A stretch of 64,000 nt of DNA from Savitreella phatthalungensis (taxonomy: Eukaryota): positions 1-64,000 of the forward strand of contig AP039712.1 in assembly GCA_051599415.1 (NCBI GenBank). Direction: 5' to 3'. Below, piece after piece: positions 58,121 through 64,000 of this stretch. The notes beneath the pieces were generated by a model. It ran no database searches. It saw only the letters and a program-made list of their open reading frames with translations, and was not told the origin of the DNA. Made by a program: the position numbers and the translations under genes. Numbering within the stretch: position 1 is the stretch's first letter; every line of letters starts with the position of its first letter.

Positions 58121-58672
58121 TTACATGTCTGGGTCGTCTTCATCGGTCGTGATAGGATCAGGTCTGTCGTGCATCGGTCAGTTCATCTTAGTTCTACCCA
58201 TGTATTGTGGCATGACGGAGGTTCAAGCAACATACGCGTCTGCTGGCCACAACCCATTCTTTCGCCATCCCTGCTTGAGGATGGGCATAAGTTGGGCAAG
58301 GTTGATAGGAATCTTCGGCTTCTGACGCTGGTCAACGATGCGCTCGTACACTCTCAGAAGCTGAGCAGGTCGAGCGTGCTCCAGCCCGAGTTTCAGCCCA
58401 CGCTGCCGTCTCTTGTGCAGGACCTTTTCAACCTCATCCGTCCGCGACTCGCTTGACTTGTTTCTGTCGCTGGTGTTGGCACTAGCACTATCACTTGGGC
58501 TTCTCGTGCGCATATGTCGTCCTGGCAGCAATGCTTTGACAGCTGTCAGTGTGCCGCTGCCGCTGCCGCTCGTAGAAGTATCGGCTCCAGCAATCGCCAG
58601 AACCTGCGTTCTATCCGTCCATTCCGCCCGTCTAGACTTCCACCTCTCGAGTCCAGGCACTACAGTCCCCAT
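58121..58672 (-). CDS. Gag1-like clamp / DUF4050-type protein, 2 exons (58672-58236, 58163-58121)
   Basis: GLERWKSRRAEWT...YERIV......KIPINLAQLMPILKQGWRKNGLWP; intron GTATGT..ACTGAC..CAG gives the tail APDPITTDEDDPDM*. Confidence 0.75.
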
Positions 58673-59023
58673 CTCGTGTGCGCATGCTCTGGTTGAATAG
58701 TGATTGGGAAAGCGCGTCCGATGTCTGTGTAGATCAAGCTACCTGTGAGATGAGTAAGTCACGACGATACACCGACCTTATGTCCCACACGCGCGTCAGA
58801 GCCACTGGTGAGATGCAGTCGCTAACGCAACTACTTCTTCTGCCGCCCTGTTGTGTATTCCCTTGAACTTCACTTTTGACCTCAGACATGCATTTGACAG
58901 GAAATTTGAGCATCCTCTGCATCCAATGCACAAAAGCACATGCACAATCGATCAACCTTCAGAACATTCACAATCCACCCACGCATACACACTTACAACC
59001 ACACGAACGTAGTCAAGCAAGCT

Positions 59024-59070
59024 TCCTCCTCCTCGTCCTCTTCCTCCTCCTCATCATCATCAACAACAAC
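59024..59070. repeat. Compound (TCC)/(TCA)/(ACA) microsatellite upstream of CHS5
   Basis: Seen directly. Confidence 0.7.
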
Positions 59071-59290
59071 ATATACAATAAGACGCAGCATTAGCATCAG
59101 CGCCAGCTTTGAAGACAGGCTGAAGGCTGCAGTTTACGAGTGACGCGGCAAGGCAAGGTAGTAAGACGCAGCATCACCAACCACAAGCAGCCACAAGTTG
59201 CCTGAGCGACAATACTATTAACAGCCTCGCGACACTATAAGAGCAGCACTAGTGCGTTTGCCGGACCGATTGCCTTCTACCAAGCCAATT

Positions 59291-60820
59291 ATGACAACCT
59301 CCAGATTTACCATTGCCAAGCTGGATGCTGGTATGGCCATTCTTCTCACAAGCGACCATCATCTGATAGAGTTCCCATCATTGCTATTACCGCAGGGAGT
59401 CCGTACTGGCTCGATCATTGATCTAGACGTCGCACAAAATAAGATCGAAGAGGACAAGGTCGCTTCGGCATTTGTCTCACTTCAGAAGGAGATTCGCTCC
59501 CTCTTTGCAGTCCACACACCGTCCACACCAGAGCTATGTGTTCGCAATATAACTCAGACGAGCATTGTACTTGAGTGGAAGCTGCTGGATCTCGCGACTG
59601 CGAACTTCCGCAGCCTTGCTCTTTACAAGAATGGCACAAAACTCGGCAAAATTCCGAATGCCACCACAACAGTCACAAAACTATCAGGTCTTTCTCTCGA
59701 CACGGCGTACACCTTCCAGCTCGTCTTGCGGACGTCTGCGGGCACCTACAAGTCAAACGTCCTTGAAATTCGCACGCATAAGATGACAGAACTGACAGGT
59801 CTCAACGTGTGCTTGGCCGGCCACCTATCGACGAATGACCGCGATCGCGTCACTGCCGCGTTGGACCGCATCGGTGCAAAGCCACCGCATGATAAAATAC
59901 GCATTGATACCACCCACTTTGTCGCATCCTCTCCGCAAGGCGACGAACATAGGAAAGCTCAGCAGACAAATGTGCCGATCGTCGTCGCTGACTTCGTCGA
60001 GGCATGCGAATCAGAAGGTCGCATCGTTCGCGTGGGCTTGTATTATCTCGACAGTGATCCGTCCCTTCGGCCTCGACCAGCCAGCAGACAACCGACCATC
60101 TCAGGAGCTGCTCCACCAGCTGCTTCAACGGTGACAGCAGAAGCAGCCTCAGCTGGAGAGGTACGAGCAGCCGCGAGTGTACCCGTACCGCAGACGCCAG
60201 CAGCCGAAGCACCAAATCCAGTGGACGAGACTGAAGGCCCACCTCGACGCTCGGCTGGTACGCAGCCAGCGTCAGCACAGACGCGGAGAACAGTCTCCGA
60301 GGCTGACGAGTCACCAAAGTCGCCGCTGCGGTCTGGCAGTGAAGGCTACAACAAGCTCGCAGGCTACCTCGAAGGTAAAGACGAGGAGCCATCTCTCCCA
60401 GAGCTTGCTCCGAAGCCTGTTGAAAAAGAGGTGGCCGCGCCAGAGGAGATTGCACAGACAGCTTCGTCCTCTGCGGATCCGGCAGATGCACCTCCAGTCC
60501 AGGCGGATGATGAGGTAAAGGCAGAAGTTGCCAAGGCAGAAGAGCCTGCTGCTGTGCCGAATCAAGAGGCAGCGACTGAACCCGGTCCAGCGGTTTCTTC
60601 CTCGTCTCCAGCTCCAAAGCTCGACACTCCAGCAGATCCGCCTGCTGAGCCATCTGTGCCAGCTGTTGCCGAGACTGAGGCTGAGGTAAGCTCAGACTCA
60701 GTCGCAAGTAAGCCGAAAGCGAAGGGCAAGCGCAAGAACAAGGGCAAGGGCAAGGCCAAGGAGGACGAGGCTGTCGCAGAAGATGCGGCGAGTGAGACAT
60801 TCGATAACGTCGCCCTGTAG
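59291..60820 (+). CDS. CHS5: Exomer component Chs5/Cfr1 (N-terminal domain, FN3, BRCT, acidic tail)
   Basis: FTIAKLDAGMAILLTSDHHLIEFPSLLLP, RNITQTSIVLEW..LDLATA, TKLSGL...T.Y.FQLVL.T.AG, IRTHKMT.LTG, IDTTHFV. Confidence 0.93.
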   Translation: MTTSRFTIAKLDAGMAILLTSDHHLIEFPSLLLPQGVRTGSIIDLDVAQNKIEEDKVASAFVSLQKEIRSLFAVHTPSTPELCVRNITQTSIVLEWKLLDLATANFRSLALYKNGTKLGKIPNATTTVTKLSGLSLDTAYTFQLVLRTSAGTYKSNVLEIRTHKMTELTGLNVCLAGHLSTNDRDRVTAALDRIGAKPPHDKIRIDTTHFVASSPQGDEHRKAQQTNVPIVVADFVEACESEGRIVRVGLYYLDSDPSLRPRPASRQPTISGAAPPAASTVTAEAASAGEVRAAASVPVPQTPAAEAPNPVDETEGPPRRSAGTQPASAQTRRTVSEADESPKSPLRSGSEGYNKLAGYLEGKDEEPSLPELAPKPVEKEVAAPEEIAQTASSSADPADAPPVQADDEVKAEVAKAEEPAAVPNQEAATEPGPAVSSSSPAPKLDTPADPPAEPSVPAVAETEAEVSSDSVASKPKAKGKRKNKGKGKAKEDEAVAEDAASETFDNVAL

Positions 60821-60853
60821 TAATTGCAAGACTGATGACGGTTTCTGTCTGGA

Positions 60854-61051
60854 CTATCCGCGTGTCGTGTGAGTCACCTTATCCTGCTCGTCCGTAAACA
60901 CATTCAACCGCTCTTCCCGAAAATCGCGCGTCATCATCGTGCCCGGCGGGCAAATGCGGTAGCATTCTGGCAGCTTCGAATGAGAAACTTCGTTCTTGGA
61001 TGATGCCGCATCTCGAACCATCACTTTGCCGACCAACTCCTTCGGATCCAT
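60854..61051 (-). CDS. Small serine-protease inhibitor-like protein (I78/potato inhibitor I-like fold)
   Basis: 65 aa; LVGK...LPECYRICPPGTMMTRDFREERLNVFTDE..KV......G matches the reactive-loop pattern xTxD(F/Y)R.(D/E)RLNV. Confidence 0.78.
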   Translation of the reverse strand: MDPKELVGKVMVRDAASSKNEVSHSKLPECYRICPPGTMMTRDFREERLNVFTDEQDKVTHTTRG

Positions 61052-61232
61052 TGTCGACAGCACCTCAAGTCGACGCAGGAGTATGACTCGATGTAATCAG
61101 GTGTCTATTCTGCATGTGATCACGATACAATATCCGCTTAGAGACAAGTTTGGCAACACCGAAATTTCCGTCATTCTAAAGTCCGGTACGTGTACAGTGG
61201 AAAAGTCCTCTATTCCAACAGGGAGAAAGCCC

Positions 61233-62489
61233 ATGCACGGTTGCCTCGCGCGAGGTGCACCGTCGTATGCTTCCAACTTTATTCGCCTGGCCCTTGGAGG
61301 TGGACAGCCGAGCATTGGAGGCGGCGGTCTGCATTTGCGACAGAGATTGACGAACAATATTCGACCTCTGGTGCGCTATGCTCATGGATCGACCGTAAAA
61401 GAGCGGCCACGGCCTCCTCTGGAGCGCGCACTACTAGAACGGTCACTGCTGAAGTCGGCGTCACCAGAACTCCTTGTCCGTTGCACGGAATTCGATTCCA
61501 CCGGAAACGTCCGCGTCGTGTCCGGCGAGTTCAAGAAGGCAGAACTCTGCACCAAGCACGGCCTGCTCCCTCGCGATCTTCGAAAAGTCGATACTGGTAT
61601 TCACACAATCATCCCGTCGATTCTTGTTAGAAAGAATTCGATCCTCGTCAACTTGCTACATATCCGAGCTCTCGTCAAGGCCGACCTCGTCCTTGTCTTC
61701 GATGTCTATGGCAGCACGGACTCTCACACGCAGTCGGTGTTTATGTACGACCTTGAAAACAGACTTCGTCAGGGTTCAAAGGGGCTAGGTGGATTGCCCT
61801 ACGAGTTCCGTGCTCTAGAGGCAATCCTCGTGTCTGTGGTGACATCGCTTGAGGCGGAACTACGAATGCTCAAGGCTATGGTCGAGAGACTGCTGGGGGC
61901 GCTCGAGGACAACATTCACCGTGACACCCTCCAACAGCTTCTCGTACATTCTCGCAAGGTTTCGAACTTCGCCAGACGAGCGACGCTGATTCGCGACCAC
62001 CTGGACGAGTTGCTCGAATCAGATGATGACCTTCACGACATGTATCTTACAGAAAAAGGCGATGCGCACGATGAGGTCGAGCTGCTTCTGGAGTCGTACC
62101 TCAAGCAGACTGATGAAATTGTCCAGACGGTCGAGAACCTGACGGAGAACATTCGAAACACCGAGGACATTGTCAACATTATTCTCGACGCCCATCGCAA
62201 CTCTCTCATGCTGTTTGAGATCAGAGTAACGATTGCGACGTTGGCCATCGCGGCAGGCACATCGATTGCTGGTCTCTACGGTATGAACCTGCCAAACTAC
62301 CTGGAGGAAGCACGATGGGCGTTCCCGACGGTCACCGCCACAGCCGCTATGCTCACCTTGGTCACCATGGTGTTTTTCAGGAGGAAACTCAGGCTGATGC
62401 AGAAGCTCACGCTGACCTCGCCAAGAGAGCGATCGAGACTCGCACAGGGCAAAAAGGGCAACAAGGAGGTTGCATCGATCGAGTCATAG
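61233..62489 (+). CDS. MRS2: Mitochondrial Mg2+ channel Mrs2/Lpe10 (CorA family)
   Basis: RCTEFD..GNV, K.ELC.KHGLLPRDLRK, LPYEFRALE, E.ELLLE.Y, LD..RN.LM, and the GMN motif (LYGMNL). ATG at 61233 gives a presequence-like N-terminus. Confidence 0.9.
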   Translation: MHGCLARGAPSYASNFIRLALGGGQPSIGGGGLHLRQRLTNNIRPLVRYAHGSTVKERPRPPLERALLERSLLKSASPELLVRCTEFDSTGNVRVVSGEFKKAELCTKHGLLPRDLRKVDTGIHTIIPSILVRKNSILVNLLHIRALVKADLVLVFDVYGSTDSHTQSVFMYDLENRLRQGSKGLGGLPYEFRALEAILVSVVTSLEAELRMLKAMVERLLGALEDNIHRDTLQQLLVHSRKVSNFARRATLIRDHLDELLESDDDLHDMYLTEKGDAHDEVELLLESYLKQTDEIVQTVENLTENIRNTEDIVNIILDAHRNSLMLFEIRVTIATLAIAAGTSIAGLYGMNLPNYLEEARWAFPTVTATAAMLTLVTMVFFRRKLRLMQKLTLTSPRERSRLAQGKKGNKEVASIES

Positions 62490-63884
62490 AGGCAGCTCAA
62501 GTTCACGATCTGCTCTGGTCTCACTTCTTTGACAAGGTGGGTCAGGACGTGATAAGACAGTCTGCAATTTCCGGCGGAGTTACCATCGCAAACTTTGTCT
62601 CACGTACCACGAGTCATCATCAGCTACTCGACAGCGGAGTGCTAAGGTCTTGTACATCATAGGCTTTCGGACAGTTTCTAGACAGGTGTTGGACAACGGC
62701 TCAGACGCTAAGCGTGGCGCAGTTGGAGTTGGCTCCCCGATGTACCTTTGAGAACTGCCAAGCCTGCTCATAAAAATCGCAAGCCCTTGCGATACGTAGG
62801 CAATCTAGATCTTACGCGTTGCGCCTACATTCCGGTCACTGAAGACGTATCTCTCATCTTGCACGCACGCTGCACCCTCTCAGGCCATGGAAGATGATGG
62901 CCTTTCCCGCCCCTCTCTCTTTTCACGCAATACTCTGCATAATCACCCTGCTTCTGGGTGATGCATCGTCGTGTTGTGTCCTGCAGTAGTATATGGATCG
63001 ATACGTTGTGACGCTCATCCGCGATGACCAGTCTGACACGAGTCTGTTTGATTCTATGGAAAATCGGCGTAACAATTTCGAGGCAAGCTGAGCGGGTGAG
63101 GCTTAATTAAGCTATTCCCATTCGACGCCTCCGACGTGCTCTTCCATCGACACAGCCATACCCAGTCAGCTATAACTTCTCTGGAGACAGGCTTCATAAC
63201 CATCACAGATACGTCGACAGCTCCGTTTCAGTTGGTCACTTAGCCGATCTATCGTAGCGTATCAGCCCAGAAGTCTATCAGCTCTCAATTACTCCAATGT
63301 GAGCAGTAAAGACCATTGCAGCAAAGCCCCAGCCCCACAAGCCTGTACTGCTTGAGAATAGAGGCGCTACTGCTATACATTTAGTGCTTCGACCAGGATG
63401 ACGTAGCGATCCTCAGCGCTCGTTTCAATCCATCTGTGGTGGGAGTACTCCCAGGCTCGATCAAGGCGATGTGAGTACTCGAAATCTGTACCGTCATCGA
63501 TCACCACCAGTTTCTGGAGAATTGTATCTTCCGAAAGCCCGAGTCGGTCTAAAGTTAGTCAGTCACCTTACACACCATCACCTCAGAACCGAACCGAATT
63601 GACAGACCCAATTCAACCATATCGATAGCACTACAACCAGTGAAACTCTCAAACAAACAGCCGCCTCCACGAATAGACTCTCTCTTTGTATTCCGTATTC
63701 CTTCCATTCCAGCTAGCACCCAACGGCAAAGTCGAGTTCCAATCGCACTTACCTCTCCAACCATCACCTCTACTACGCAAACACCACCTTGGCAGCGACG
63801 ACACCACGCAACAGCTCTCCTAAAATCCTTTACCTTGCAAGACTCCCAAGTGACAACAAAAAAATAGACCTAGCTCGAACAAAT

Positions 63885-63945
63885 ATGGCTGGTACTGGAT
63901 CGCTGATTGTTGAGGTCATCCTCGACATTATTCTGCCCCCACTGG
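63885..63945 (+). CDS. First exon of a Pmp3/UPF0057 proteolipid gene (remainder beyond the window, or a pseudogene)
   Basis: MAGTGSLIVEVILDIILPPL-G matches the Pmp3 N-terminal I(L)xxxLPPLG motif; AAATATGG start context; followed by donor-like ATAAGT. Confidence 0.65.
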
Positions 63946-64000
63946 ATAAGTAGCCCCCGTGTGCCGGCTGCGGAAGTCTGCTGGATCTCTATTTGATTCG

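Noticed and set aside
60996..61232. N-terminal extension of the MRS2 ORF from a non-ATG start
   Set aside because: It overlaps the opposite-strand inhibitor gene; ATG 61233 gives a plausible presequence. The non-ATG starts given for SMC5, CHS5, DNF1, KpsF and the homeobox ORF were trimmed likewise.
62942..62962. Small hairpin ATCACCC-N7-GGGTGAT
   Set aside because: A 7-bp stem is expected by chance in 64 kb.
1..64000. Transposon, retroelement or telomere-linked helicase ORFs
   Set aside because: No RT, integrase, transposase or RecQ motifs were recognised in any ORF, and no LTR or TIR pairs were seen by eye.

Overview
Left end of a fungal chromosome. The compact genes, short GT-AG introns and S. 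pombe-like Rec8, hexokinase and Chs5 suggest an ascomycete, possibly Taphrinomycotina (inference). Bases 1-78 are an untrimmed Oxford Nanopore adapter plus native barcode, fused to about 17 CCCTAA telomere repeats. A ~2.4 kb C-rich, CpG-depleted subtelomeric repeat block follows. From ~5 kb onward there are about 31 protein-coding genes: NAC-beta, hexo/glucokinase, SHB17-like phosphatase, ATP7, SAP-domain protein, Zn2Cys6, AreA/GATA, Nup53-like, C2H2, Pam1/Svl3-like, TMEM205-like, a 60-aa spliced microprotein, SCP2-like, MFS, WASP, subtilisin, a small spliced mitochondrial-type protein, KpsF/GutQ-like, Tvp38, P4-ATPase, homeobox, SUB2, an RRM protein, Rec8, Smc5, GAD, Cbp4, Gag1-like, Chs5, an I78-like inhibitor, Mrs2 and a truncated Pmp3. 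The most notable observations are the CpG-deamination footprint confined to the subtelomeric repeats, the divergent rec8/smc5 pair with MCB and FLEX motifs, an apparent AT (ATAAGT) splice donor in Pmp3, recurrent AAG acceptors, and small spliced genes missed by the ORF track. No CRISPR array, rRNA or intact transposon was seen. All calls are by eye, without database searches.
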